Source of the DNA: an uncultured bacterium
Lineage (GTDB): Bacteria; Bacillota_I; Bacilli_A; RFN20; CAG-826
Direction of reading: 5' to 3'
Length of the DNA: 64,000 nucleotides
Assembly: GCA_949297305.1 (NCBI GenBank)
Contig: CASFSG010000019.1
Span: 133-64,132 of the forward strand
Of the stretch, positions 43,492 through 53,100 are shown piece by piece; position 1 is the stretch's first letter; the number at the start of each line of letters is the position of its first letter. The notes under the pieces were generated by a model, which saw only the letters and a list, made by a program, of their open reading frames with translations, made no database searches and was not told the origin of the DNA. Both the position numbers and the translations under genes were made by a program.

Positions 43492-44121
43492 ATGGATCAA
43501 TTTAAACATCTTAAAGATGAAGATTTAATTTTAGCTTACATTCAAGGACACGATGATGCTTTCATATCTTTAATTGAGCGGTATAGAAATTACGCTCGCA
43601 AAATACTTAAAAATTATTTACAAGCAGAATCAATTCAATTTTTCCAAACGATTAATTTTGATTATGTCTTCTATTTGTCTTTATATTCAGCAATTTACTC
43701 TTTCCGCTTTAATGTGATTCCATTTTTAAATTATTTTAAAACTTTATATTTAAGAGATATTGCTTTAGCGATAAAAGAACATTTAAAAGATGAAAATAAC
43801 CGAGCCTTATCACTTGATAACAATGTTGATGATAATGGTTTAACATATCTTGATTTTATTGAAGATTATAACGCTAAAAAAGAGATTAACAAACACATTG
43901 ATTTTGAAGAAACAGTTAGCATCTTATCATCATCAGGTGTCAATAGAATAAGACGAGATAAATATCTTCTCTATCGTAAAATCATCATTTTAAAATACCA
44001 GGGATATACTATTCGAGAGATTGCTGAAAATTTAAAGTTGCAACCAGGTGTTATTAAAAGAATTATTAAAAAAATTCAGGAGACCTCTCTTTTATCAAGC
44101 GAGTCATTAATAATAAAATAA
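43492..44121 (+). CDS. sigH: SigH-family alternative sigma factor
   Basis: By eye it aligns with B. subtilis SigH (recalled from memory): region 2 (DEDLILAYIQGHDDAFISLIERYRNYARK) and region 4 HTH (YQGYTIREIAENLKLQPGVIKRIIKKI). Same genomic slot (rlmB-sigH-rpmG-secE-nusG). Confidence 0.7.
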   Translation: MDQFKHLKDEDLILAYIQGHDDAFISLIERYRNYARKILKNYLQAESIQFFQTINFDYVFYLSLYSAIYSFRFNVIPFLNYFKTLYLRDIALAIKEHLKDENNRALSLDNNVDDNGLTYLDFIEDYNAKKEINKHIDFEETVSILSSSGVNRIRRDKYLLYRKIIILKYQGYTIREIAENLKLQPGVIKRIIKKIQETSLLSSESLIIK

Positions 44122-44220
44122 TTAAGATTTGCATAGGTTTTTATTCAAAAATTGTCTATTTTACTTAATTTTTAAAACACGATGTGTTCTACTAAAAGTG
44201 TTTCAATAATATAAAAATTA

Positions 44221-44249
44221 TTGACAAGAATGATTTTCAACATTATTCT
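44221..44249 (+). promoter_or_regulatory. candidate promoter of rpmG-secE-nusG
   Basis: TTGACA (44221-44226), 17-nt spacer, TATTCT (44244-44249). Confidence 0.35.
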
Positions 44250-44281
44250 CTATTTAGAATGTACAGTTAGGAGGAAGATAG

Positions 44282-44431
44282 ATGAGGAAAAAGATAATTT
44301 TAATTTGCCCCCAATGTCTTTCTAGAAACTACACAACTTATGTTTCTAATAGCTGCACAGGCTCACGTTTTGAGATAAAAAAATATTGTCCAAAATGTGG
44401 TGAGTATACATTGCATAAAGAAAGCAAATAG
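44282..44431 (+). CDS. rpmG: 50S ribosomal protein L33 (zinc-ribbon form)
   Basis: Manual translation MRKKIILICPQCLSRNYTTYVSNSCTGSRFEIKKYCPKCGEYTLHKESK. AGGAGG RBS. Too short for the ORF track. Confidence 0.9.
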   Translation: MRKKIILICPQCLSRNYTTYVSNSCTGSRFEIKKYCPKCGEYTLHKESK

Positions 44432-44449
44432 TTTGTTGGAGGATTCGTT

Positions 44450-44716
44450 ATGGGCTTAAGAAAATATGCTTCAGAGGTCATTAAAGAAGGCAAACGCGTT
44501 CGTTGGCCAAAATGGGATGATTTCTTTCCTACTTTAGCAGCGGTTTTAGTCATCTGTTGTATTGCTGCATTATTTTTATCATTAGAAGACTGGGCGGCTG
44601 GATCATTGATTAATCAATTAAAAGATATTTTCTCCACTATTTCACCTAATAGTGGCGATTCTAGTTCAACCGATTCGGTTGCAAGCGCTTTAAGAATTCT
44701 TTTAGGAGGTTTTTAG
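44450..44716 (+). CDS. secE: preprotein translocase subunit SecE (with C-terminal extension)
   Basis: EVIKEGKRVRWPKWDD followed by a single TM helix. Position between rpmG and nusG. Confidence 0.85.
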   Translation: MGLRKYASEVIKEGKRVRWPKWDDFFPTLAAVLVICCIAALFLSLEDWAAGSLINQLKDIFSTISPNSGDSSSTDSVASALRILLGGF

Positions 44717-44719
44717 TAA

Positions 44720-45286
44720 GTGGATAACATAAATCAATTGGGCGAAAAGCAGTGGTACATCGTCACTGCCTATTCAATGCATGAACGCAAGGTCGCTGAT
44801 AATCTACTTAAGCGCATCAAAACCGCTAATTTAGAAGATAAAATTTTTAATGTTTTAGTAGCTGAAACTGAAGAAGAGACTGTTCGCATGAAAAAAGGCG
44901 TGCCAGAAGTTGTCATGAAAAAGAAAAATCTTTATCCCGGTTATATTTTTATCGAAATGATTATGACTGATGACACGTGGTATGTTGTTCGTAATACCCC
45001 AGGCGTTACTGGCATTGCTGGTTCAGCTGGTGGCGGTCAAAAGCCAACACCTGTCGCTAAAGAAGAAATTGAGCCAGTTTTAAAAAGAATGGGTATTGTT
45101 GATTCTTCAATGTATGCGCGTTATCAAGTCGGTGATAATATTAAAATTATTCGTGGCACCCTTGAAGGAACAGAAGGTCGCATTCTTAGCATCGATTCAG
45201 AAACCGGCAATGTCAAAGTTGAAATCTCTTTCTTTGGTCGTAGCACTGAAGCCGATGTTGATTTCTCTGAGATTGAAAAAATATAA
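44720..45286 (+). CDS. nusG: transcription termination/antitermination factor NusG
   Basis: GTG start after AGGAGG. KQWYIV..YS..E.KV NGN domain, PGYIF.EM, C-terminal KOW (GDNIKIIRGTLEG.EG.I). Confidence 0.93.
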   Translation: MDNINQLGEKQWYIVTAYSMHERKVADNLLKRIKTANLEDKIFNVLVAETEEETVRMKKGVPEVVMKKKNLYPGYIFIEMIMTDDTWYVVRNTPGVTGIAGSAGGGQKPTPVAKEEIEPVLKRMGIVDSSMYARYQVGDNIKIIRGTLEGTEGRILSIDSETGNVKVEISFFGRSTEADVDFSEIEKI

Positions 45287-45307
45287 ATTATTTGTCCATT
45301 CTTATCT

Positions 45308-45331
45308 AAAAAGCTGCTGCTGCAGCTTTTT
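45308..45331 (+). terminator. rho-independent terminator after nusG
   Basis: AAAAAGCTGC-TGCT-GCAGCTTTTT hairpin with T-run. Confidence 0.7.
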
Positions 45332-45359
45332 AATTTATTAAAAGGATTATAATTAATCT

Positions 45360-47486
45360 ATGAAAAAAGTCGTTTACCATATTAAAGGGTTTGATTGCGC
45401 TAACTGCGCTATCAAAAGCGAAAGACATTTGAATAAGGATCCACGGATTTTAGATGCTACTATTGATTTTACTGGTGAAAAATTATTTGTTACATATAAA
45501 GACGCTCCGATGAGCGAAAAGGAACTTATTAACAAAATCAAAGAAGTTGAATCTGATAAAATCGAAATTACTAAATTTGGTGCTATTAAAAAAGAAAAAG
45601 TAAAAATATTTACATTAAAATTTTGGGTGACACTAGCAAGAATTTTAATCTCCTTAATCTTAATTTTACTTGCGCGTTTTGCTTTTATAGATTATATCTA
45701 TCTTCCGACGATTTTATATTCAATCGCTTTGGCAATCATCTTATATGATGTTGCTTGGAAAGTTTTCTATAATATTATTAAATTAACTAATCCGCTAGAT
45801 GAATATTTATTAATCTTAATTGCTTCAATTGGTGCATTTTTAATGGTCTTTTTAGGGGAACCTGAATATTTTGAAGGGGTGATGGTTGTTTTACTTTGGC
45901 AGATTGGCCAATTATTTGAAGATATTGCAACAAAAAAATCAAAAGAAGCTATTTCTAGTGCAATTGATTTAAGAGCAGACACTGCCCATAAGATAGTTGA
46001 GGACCGGATTATTACGATTAAACCGAGCGAATTGATGGTCGGTGATAGAATTATTGTAAGAGTAGGCGAAATTATTCCGGTTGATGGCATTATTATTGAA
46101 GGAAGTGGTTCATTGGATATGTCGAGTTTAACAGGCGAGTCTTTACCGGTGAGCATTAAAGTTGGTCAAAATGTTCTAAGTGGCTCGATATTAACGAGCG
46201 GATCAATTACTTTAAGAGTTGAGAAAGTTTTTAGTGATTCTTCTATTTCTAAGATTCTTGAACTAGTTCAAAATAGCGGTGAAAGAAAAACTAAAACAGA
46301 AAAATTTATTACCAAATTTGCACGTATTTACACGCCATTTATTTTGATTTTAGCAATTTTTGTATCAGTTTTAACAGGGGTTACTAATTTATACGATTGG
46401 GCAAAAGCACTCTATTTAGGACTAGAAATTTTATTGATAGGTTGTCCGTGTGCGATTGTTATTTCGGTGCCTTTAGCTTATTTTGCTGCAATTGGTCTAT
46501 CTTCTAAAAACGGCATTATCGTTAAAGGAGGCTCCTATTTAGATGCCCTCACCAAAATTGGAGTTTTATTCGTTGATAAAACTGGAACATTGACTTATGG
46601 TAATTTCGTTGTCCAAAAGAAGGTGACAATCAATATAGACAAAGATTCTTTTGATAAATACCTTTTAGCTGCCGAATCGCGTTCTATGCATCCGATAGCG
46701 CGAGCAATTTGCGCTCATCAAGATGTCGCACAATTTGCTCTTGAGCAAGCGGAATATGAAGAAGTGGCTGGGCTTGGTGTCAAAACTTTATACAGAAACC
46801 AATTAATACTTGCTGGTAATGCAGAATTGCTTCAAAAATATAATGTTGTCTTTAACGAAGTTGATGAATGTGGCACTGTCATTTATCTAGCCGTCGATCA
46901 AAAATATCTCGGCTATGTTGTCATCGGCGATACAATTCGCGAAAAAGCCAAACAACTTGTGACTTCATTAACGAGTATGGGGGTCAAAGTTGTTTTGTTA
47001 TCTGGCGACACTAAAAGGAATGTTGAAGATGTTTCTAGGGAGGTAGGCATCGCTGATTATCATTATAAATTGCTTCCTATTGATAAAACGAAGATTGTGG
47101 CAAAGGAAATTGCTAATCAGCAAAGCAAAAAGAAATCTAAATTAGTTGCTTTTGCTGGCGATGGAATTAATGATACACCATCTATTATTCGAGCTGATAT
47201 TGGTATTGCAATGGGTGGTATTGGAAGTGATATTGCCGTTGATAACGCTGATATTGTTATCATGCAAGATCATCCATTAAAGATTTATCATGCTATTAGA
47301 ATTGGAAAAATCGCACGCTTTATTTCGATATTTAATATCGTTTTTGCACTTGCCATAAAGCTAATTGTTTTCTTTTTATCAATTTTTAATATTTCAAATA
47401 TGACAATTGCAATTTTGGCCGATACTGGTCTTACGATTGTTTTAATTATAATATCGTTGTCAATCCTATTTTATAAAGTAAAATAA
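45360..47486 (+). CDS. P1B-type heavy-metal-translocating ATPase (Cd/Zn/Co-like)
   Basis: N-terminal HMA domain (GFDCANCA), TGES, transmembrane CPC (IGCPCAIVISVP), DKTGTLT, GDGINDTP. Confidence 0.9.
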   Translation: MKKVVYHIKGFDCANCAIKSERHLNKDPRILDATIDFTGEKLFVTYKDAPMSEKELINKIKEVESDKIEITKFGAIKKEKVKIFTLKFWVTLARILISLILILLARFAFIDYIYLPTILYSIALAIILYDVAWKVFYNIIKLTNPLDEYLLILIASIGAFLMVFLGEPEYFEGVMVVLLWQIGQLFEDIATKKSKEAISSAIDLRADTAHKIVEDRIITIKPSELMVGDRIIVRVGEIIPVDGIIIEGSGSLDMSSLTGESLPVSIKVGQNVLSGSILTSGSITLRVEKVFSDSSISKILELVQNSGERKTKTEKFITKFARIYTPFILILAIFVSVLTGVTNLYDWAKALYLGLEILLIGCPCAIVISVPLAYFAAIGLSSKNGIIVKGGSYLDALTKIGVLFVDKTGTLTYGNFVVQKKVTINIDKDSFDKYLLAAESRSMHPIARAICAHQDVAQFALEQAEYEEVAGLGVKTLYRNQLILAGNAELLQKYNVVFNEVDECGTVIYLAVDQKYLGYVVIGDTIREKAKQLVTSLTSMGVKVVLLSGDTKRNVEDVSREVGIADYHYKLLPIDKTKIVAKEIANQQSKKKSKLVAFAGDGINDTPSIIRADIGIAMGGIGSDIAVDNADIVIMQDHPLKIYHAIRIGKIARFISIFNIVFALAIKLIVFFLSIFNISNMTIAILADTGLTIVLIIISLSILFYKVK

Positions 47487-47637
47487 TTTATTTTTACAAG
47501 ATTAAAAACGAAAATGTATTAATTTTATCTTATATAAGAGAAAAAAATATTTTCAAAATATTTAATAAAAACTTGAGTGAATACATAATAGCATTTTTTA
47601 AACCTTTATTATTCATAGATAAAAAAATAAAAAGTGT

Positions 47638-47666
47638 TTGGCATTTGTGTGCGCGTGTGATATTAT
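47638..47666 (+). promoter_or_regulatory. candidate promoter of rplK-rplA
   Basis: TTGGCA (47638-47643), 17-nt spacer, extended -10 TGATATTAT (TATTAT 47661-47666). Confidence 0.5.
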
Positions 47667-47671
47667 TTTTA

Positions 47672-47781
47672 TACTTATGCAGTTATGAGTGCAGGCATAA
47701 GTATGTACGTTTCGTGGGAGGTTATGCGATTTAACCGCTAACCACGACACGGAATAATCTTGTTAGAAAGGAGAAATTCAC
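47672..47781 (+). promoter_or_regulatory. structured rplK leader (possible L1-binding autoregulatory element)
   Basis: 8-bp hairpin ACTTATGC/GCATAAGT (about 47672-47702). Second helix TCGTGG 47712-47717/CCACGA 47742-47747 encloses GGGAGGTTA...TAACC. Confidence 0.35.
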
Positions 47782-48195
47782 GTGAGTAAAAGAATCGTCA
47801 AAGTTGTGAAGATGGAACTCCCTGGTGGTGAAGCTAAACCTGGTCCAAAACTTGCCAGTGCTGGTATTATCATGCCGAAGTTTTGTACTGATTTTAATGC
47901 TAAAACCGCCGATCGAAAGGGTGAAATTGTTCCAGTTATTATTACAGCTTATGAAGACAAGTCACATGACTTTGTCATTAAGACTTCGCCTGTTGCTTCC
48001 TTGCTCTTGAAAGCTGCCAATATCAAAAAGGGTAGTGCGAATTCTAAGACGACAGTTGTTGGTTCAATTACCAAAGCTCAGTTGAAAGAAATTGCTGAAT
48101 ATAAATTGCCCGATTTAAATTGTCACGATATTGAAGCCGCTATGAAGATTGTCGAAGGTAGTGCGCGCAATATGGGCATCACTGTGAAAGATTAA
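47782..48195 (+). CDS. rplK: 50S ribosomal protein L11
   Basis: GTG start after AAGGAG. V.K....LPGGEAKPGPKLASAGI....F...FN..T and PDLN core. Confidence 0.95.
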   Translation: MSKRIVKVVKMELPGGEAKPGPKLASAGIIMPKFCTDFNAKTADRKGEIVPVIITAYEDKSHDFVIKTSPVASLLLKAANIKKGSANSKTTVVGSITKAQLKEIAEYKLPDLNCHDIEAAMKIVEGSARNMGITVKD

Positions 48196-48200
48196 TTTTT

Positions 48201-48878
48201 ATGAAAAGAGGAAAGAAATATCGTTCCAGCTTAGAATTAATCGAAGCAGGAAAAACATATTCCATGAGCGAAGCCATCGAGCTTGTTAAGAAGACCGCTA
48301 AAGTTAAATTTGATGCTACGGTTGATGTTTCGATCAATTTTAATGTTGATACTACTAAAGCCGATCAACAAATTCGTGGTACATTAATTCTTCCCCATGG
48401 TAATGGTAAGACCAAACGTATCTTAGCGATCACCAACAAAATCGATGAAGCCAAAAATGCCGGAGCCGACTTTGTTGGTGGCAAGGAGATGATCGATAAA
48501 ATCAAAAGCGAAAACTGGTTCGATTATGATGTTATTGTCGCTACTCCTGATATGATGGCAGAAATTGGTAAATTGGGTCGTCTTTTAGGTCCTAAAGGTT
48601 TGATGCCTAATCCTAAAACCGGAACCGTCTCAATGGATATTGCTAAGGCAATCAATGAGATTAAGTTAGGTAAAGTAGAATATCGTCTCGATAAGGACGC
48701 GAATATGAATCTTTCGATTGGTCGCGTCAGTTTCGATAGCGAAAAGTTACTCGATAACTTAAAAGCGTTAATGGACACGCTTTATCGCGTTCGTCCATCT
48801 GCTGTAAAAGGCGTTTATATTAAGTCCATGTCGATTCATGCGTCGATGGGACCTGCGGTTAGATTTGCACTCAACTAA
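48201..48878 (+). CDS. rplA: 50S ribosomal protein L1
   Basis: [20 protein letters not shown]......QIRGT..LPHG.GK and [14 protein letters not shown] blocks. Confidence 0.96.
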   Translation: MKRGKKYRSSLELIEAGKTYSMSEAIELVKKTAKVKFDATVDVSINFNVDTTKADQQIRGTLILPHGNGKTKRILAITNKIDEAKNAGADFVGGKEMIDKIKSENWFDYDVIVATPDMMAEIGKLGRLLGPKGLMPNPKTGTVSMDIAKAINEIKLGKVEYRLDKDANMNLSIGRVSFDSEKLLDNLKALMDTLYRVRPSAVKGVYIKSMSIHASMGPAVRFALN

Positions 48879-48879
48879 T

Positions 48880-48993
48880 CGTTACTATTAGAAGCACAAT
48901 ATACCTAAGATAGTAACGGCGTAAGCTTAATAATGTTACTGAGGTAAATAAAGTATATTGGAGCCTTCTATAAGAAGTTATAAGGAGGTTAAT
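48880..48993 (+). promoter_or_regulatory. rplJ leader (L10-leader-like structured region)
   Basis: 9-bp hairpin CGTTACTAT 48880-48888/ATAGTAACG 48910-48918, plus small hairpin CTTCT-ATA-AGAAG just before the RBS. The position matches the Firmicute L10 leader. Confidence 0.4.
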
Positions 48994-49482
48994 ATGAATC
49001 AACAAATTCTCGAAGCCAAGAAAAACCTCGTCTTGCATTTAACTGATACTATTCAAAATAGTCAATGCATGGTTGTTGTTGAATATCGCGGATTATCAGT
49101 TCAAGAATTAAGTGACCTCAGAAATAAACTTCGGGAAGTCGGTGCGACTCTTAACATTTATAAAAACACGATGTTAAGAAGAGCGGTCGATAATTTAAAA
49201 CTTAATGAACTTGATGAATATTTAGTTGGTAGTAATGCTTATGTCTTCTCTAATGAAGTAACATCTGCCCCGAGTGTTCTAGCCAAGTTCGCTAAGAAAA
49301 ATCAAAAATTAGTTATCAAAGCCGGCTTAATTGAAGGACGCATCTTAAATGATGAAGGCGTCAAAGAAGTCGCTAAATTACCAGGCAAAGAAGGATTATT
49401 ATCAATGTTCTTATCTTGCCTTAATGCTCCAGTTAGTGCCTTTGCCCGTGTGGTAAATGCTGTTATGGAGTCAAAAAATTAA
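48994..49482 (+). CDS. rplJ: 50S ribosomal protein L10
   Basis: Start set at ATG 48994 (AAGGAGG 6 nt upstream) rather than the TTG at 48958. VVVEYRGLSV.EL..LR..LRE.G....V.KNT core. Confidence 0.93.
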   Translation: MNQQILEAKKNLVLHLTDTIQNSQCMVVVEYRGLSVQELSDLRNKLREVGATLNIYKNTMLRRAVDNLKLNELDEYLVGSNAYVFSNEVTSAPSVLAKFAKKNQKLVIKAGLIEGRILNDEGVKEVAKLPGKEGLLSMFLSCLNAPVSAFARVVNAVMESKN

Positions 49483-49506
49483 TATTCTTATTAGGAGGAA
49501 ATTTAA

Positions 49507-49884
49507 ATGGCTAAATTAACAAAAGAAGAAATCGTCGCCGCTTTAAAGGAAATGACAGTTCTCGAACTCAATGACCTAGTTAAAGCTGTCGAAGAAGAAT
49601 TTGGTGTTACGGCTGCTGCTCCAATGGCTGTTGGTGCTGCTCCTGTTGAAGAAGAAGCTGCTGCTAGCGGTCCAGTCGATGTTACTTTAATCTTAAAGAG
49701 TGTTGGTGCGACTAAAGTCGCGGTCATTAAAGCTGTTCAAGCTATCACTGGTTTAGGCTTAATGGATGCGAAGAAATTAGTCGATGGCGCGCCTTGCAAC
49801 ATCAAAGAACACATTTCACCAGTTGAAGCTGAAGAACATAAGAAAGCTCTTGAAGCTGCTGGTGCTGAAGTCGAAGTTAAATAA
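49507..49884 (+). CDS. rplL: 50S ribosomal protein L7/L12
   Basis: N-terminal dimerisation helix, Ala/Pro/Glu-rich hinge, C-terminal KV.VIK.VR..TGLGL.EAK.LVD..P...KE......AE..K..LE.AGA.VE.K. Confidence 0.96.
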   Translation: MAKLTKEEIVAALKEMTVLELNDLVKAVEEEFGVTAAAPMAVGAAPVEEEAAASGPVDVTLILKSVGATKVAVIKAVQAITGLGLMDAKKLVDGAPCNIKEHISPVEAEEHKKALEAAGAEVEVK

Positions 49885-49898
49885 CTGTCCGGCTTTAT

Positions 49899-49954
49899 CT
49901 TATCGATAGGATAAGTTTATTTTGTTTTGCTTAGGGAGTAAACTCTCCCTAAGC
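49899..49954 (+). terminator. partial terminator/attenuator region after rplL
   Basis: Weak hairpin CTTATC-GATAG-GATAAG with T-run (49899-49928), overlapping a strong 12-bp hairpin TTGCTTAGGGAG/CTCCCTAAGCAA (49927-49954). Confidence 0.45.
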
Positions 49955-50111
49955 AATAAATGTTATTATCGCACTCGTATGTGCGATATAAATATACGCG
50001 TATGCGCATATAGCGCACGTAAAATGATTCAAAACTAAAATTTGAATTACTGGCGCTTCGCTCTACTTCTATTGTCCTAATGAGCGAAAATATCAATTAA
50101 AGGAGCCATAC

Positions 50112-53100
50112 ATGAACAAATACAAAGATTACAAAACTCTACCTAACGATCGAATTGATTTTTCTAAAATTAGTGGTTCTTTAGAATTACCTTATCTTGT
50201 GGAAATTCAAACTAATTCATTCAAATGGTTTTTAGAAAAAGGTATTCAAGAAGTTTTAGAAGAAGTATTTCCAATCGCTAATTACAGCGACACCGTCTTT
50301 ATTGATTATTTGGGATTTGAATTGCAAAAACCTGAATATACCCCTCTTCAATGTAAAGAACGCGATAAGAACTATTCATCGAAATTAAGAACTAAATTAT
50401 GCTTACGTTTTGCCGAAGGCAATGACACGATGAAAGATGAAGTCGTTTTTATGGGCGATATTCCTTTAATGACTGATAGTGGCACATTTATCATCAATGG
50501 TGCTGAACGTGTCATCGTTAGTCAAATCGTTCGTTCTCCAGGTGCTTATTTATCAAAATCAACCGACATTAAGAGTGGTAAGAACCTCTTTTATGCTGAC
50601 CTTATTCCCGCGCGCGGAACGTGGTTAGAATTTGAGTCTGATACCAAGGGTTTATTGCACGTCCGTATCGACCGTCAACGCAAGATGCCAGCCACGACTA
50701 TTCTTAAGGCTTTAGGTTTAGACGACAAGACAATTCTTAAGACTTTTGGTGAAAACGAAATGCTCGTTAGCACGCTTGCTAAAAACGCCGATATTAAAAC
50801 CCCTCTTGACGCTTTGGTTGACATCTTTAAAAAACTTAAACCTGGCGAACCAATCACTAATGAAGGTGTTTCAACTTTTTTAGTACAAAAATTCTTCGAT
50901 CATAAACGTTATGATTTAGGTGTTGCAGGTAGATTTAAATATAAAACAAAACTAGGTATTTATAACCGCTTAGTTGGTCGCACTTTAGCTGAAAATCTTG
51001 AAAGCAAAGATGGCGAAATTCTTTTCAAAAAAGGTTATACCTTGACTAAAGAAGATGTCGAATCTCTTCGCGACCAAGAAATATTTGAAAATGGCGCGCA
51101 TACGCGTCGTGTCTCGGTCAATAAATCTTTATCGGAAGCTTTAGAAAGAATCTCTCCAAAAGGTAAAGATTTGCAAGAAACTCGCAAATATATCAAAGAA
51201 GAATTTGGTGGCATTGTTAATGTTGTCAATGTTTACACCGATGAAACAAAGAAAAAGGTCGTTCCAGTCATTGGTACCGATTTAAATCTTACGGTTGGCT
51301 GTGTAACTTTCTCTGATGTTTTAGCAATCTTCTCGTATTTTATGAATATTATTGAAGGCTTTGGTGAAACAGATGATATCGATAATTTAAGTAATCGTCG
51401 CATTCGTAGTGTTGGTGAACTTATCCAAACTCAATTTAGAATCGGCTTAACTAAATTAGCCAAAACTATTCAACAAAAAATGTCGATTTCCGACATGACT
51501 CAAGTAACGATTAAGTCCTTAATTAACACTCGTCCTTTAGCGACCTCGATTCGCGAATTCTTTGCTTCTAGCCAACTTTCGCAATTTATGGATCAAACTA
51601 ACCCTTTAGCAGAACTTACAAATAAACGTCGTATTTCGGCTTTAGGTCCTGGTGGTATTTCCCGCGATAGGGCGAGCATGGATGTTCGCGACGTTCACCC
51701 CACTCATTATGGTCGCATTTGTCCAATCGAAACTCCTGAAGGACAAAATATTGGTTTAATTAATAATCTTGCGACTTACGCGAAAGTGAATCAATATGGC
51801 TTTATTCAAACGCCATATCGCATCGTTCGTAATAATATAGTCACTGATGAAACCGTTTATTTATCAGTCGATGAAGAAACCGATCATTACATCGCTAGCG
51901 CAAACGCCAAACAAGATCCGGTGACTCATGAACTTCTTGAGGATGAAGTCATTTGTCGTCATAATGCTGAGACGATCGTTGTCAATCGCGATTTAATTGA
52001 CTATATCGATGTTTCGCCAAAACAAATTATTTCGATTGCTAGTGCGTGTATTCCTTTTTTAGAAAACGATGATTCAACTCGTGCGCTTATGGGTGCTAAC
52101 ATGCAACGACAAGCTTTACCTTTGCTTCGTCCAAGCGCACCTTATGTTGGAACAGGAATGGAACACAAGATTGCTACCGATAGTGGCTTAGCGATTATTG
52201 CCTGCGATGATGGTGTCGTCAAATATGTCGATAGTCAAACGATTGTTGTGAAAGAAGATAGTGGTTTAGACCGCGTTTATCAATTATTAAAATTTGAAAG
52301 ATCAAATCAAGGCACATGCATTAATCAATCAGCGATTGTCAAAGTTGATGATCGGGTGAAAAAAGGTGATGTGCTCGCTGATGGACCTTCAATGGAAAAT
52401 GGCGATTTAGCTTTAGGACAAAATGTTACTATCGCCTTTATGACCTGGGAGGGTTATAACTACGAAGATGCTGTCATCATGAGCGAACGCCTTGTTAAAG
52501 ATGATACCTACACATCAATTCATATCGAAGAGTACGAAATTGAATGCCGCGATACTAAGTTAGGTTCCGAAGAAATTACTCGCGATATTCCAAATGTCAG
52601 CGAAGATGCTAAAGCCTTCTTAGATGAAAATGGTATCGTTATTCCTGGGGCTGAAGTTCATGAAGGTGATATTTTAGTTGGTAAAACAACTCCAAAAGGT
52701 ATTACCGAACAAACGCCCGAAGAAAAATTATTAATGGCGATTTTTGCCGAAAAATCAAAAGATGGCAAAGATAGTTCTCTAAGAGTACCACATGGCGGTA
52801 GTGGCATCGTCCTTGACGTTAAGATTTTCTCTCGTCAAAACGGCGATGAATTACCTGCTGGTGTCAATAAATCAATTCGCGTTTATATCGTCCAAAAACG
52901 TAAAATTAGCGAAGGTGATAAAATGAGTGGTCGCCATGGTAATAAGGGTGTTATTTCTCGCATTTTACCAGAAGAGGATATGCCATTTTTAGCTGATGGA
53001 ACACCTGTTGATATCATGCTTAATCCTCTCGGCGTTCCTAGCCGTATGAATATTGGCCAAATTTTAGAAATCCACCTCGGTTTAGCGTGTAAAAAACTTG

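Noticed and set aside
45767-46156. 129-aa minus-strand ORF inside the P-type ATPase gene
   Set aside because: It is antisense to conserved ATPase motifs. It is a frame artefact.
45287-47781. Possibility that the metal ATPase between nusG and rplK is a mobile element or genomic islet
   Set aside because: I found no transposase, integrase, flanking direct or inverted repeats, or tRNA target by eye. It is treated as a synteny oddity only (see findings).
48958-48993. TTG-initiated 12-codon extension of rplJ
   Set aside because: It lies inside the structured leader. ATG 48994 has a perfect AAGGAGG RBS and gives the canonical L10 N-terminus.
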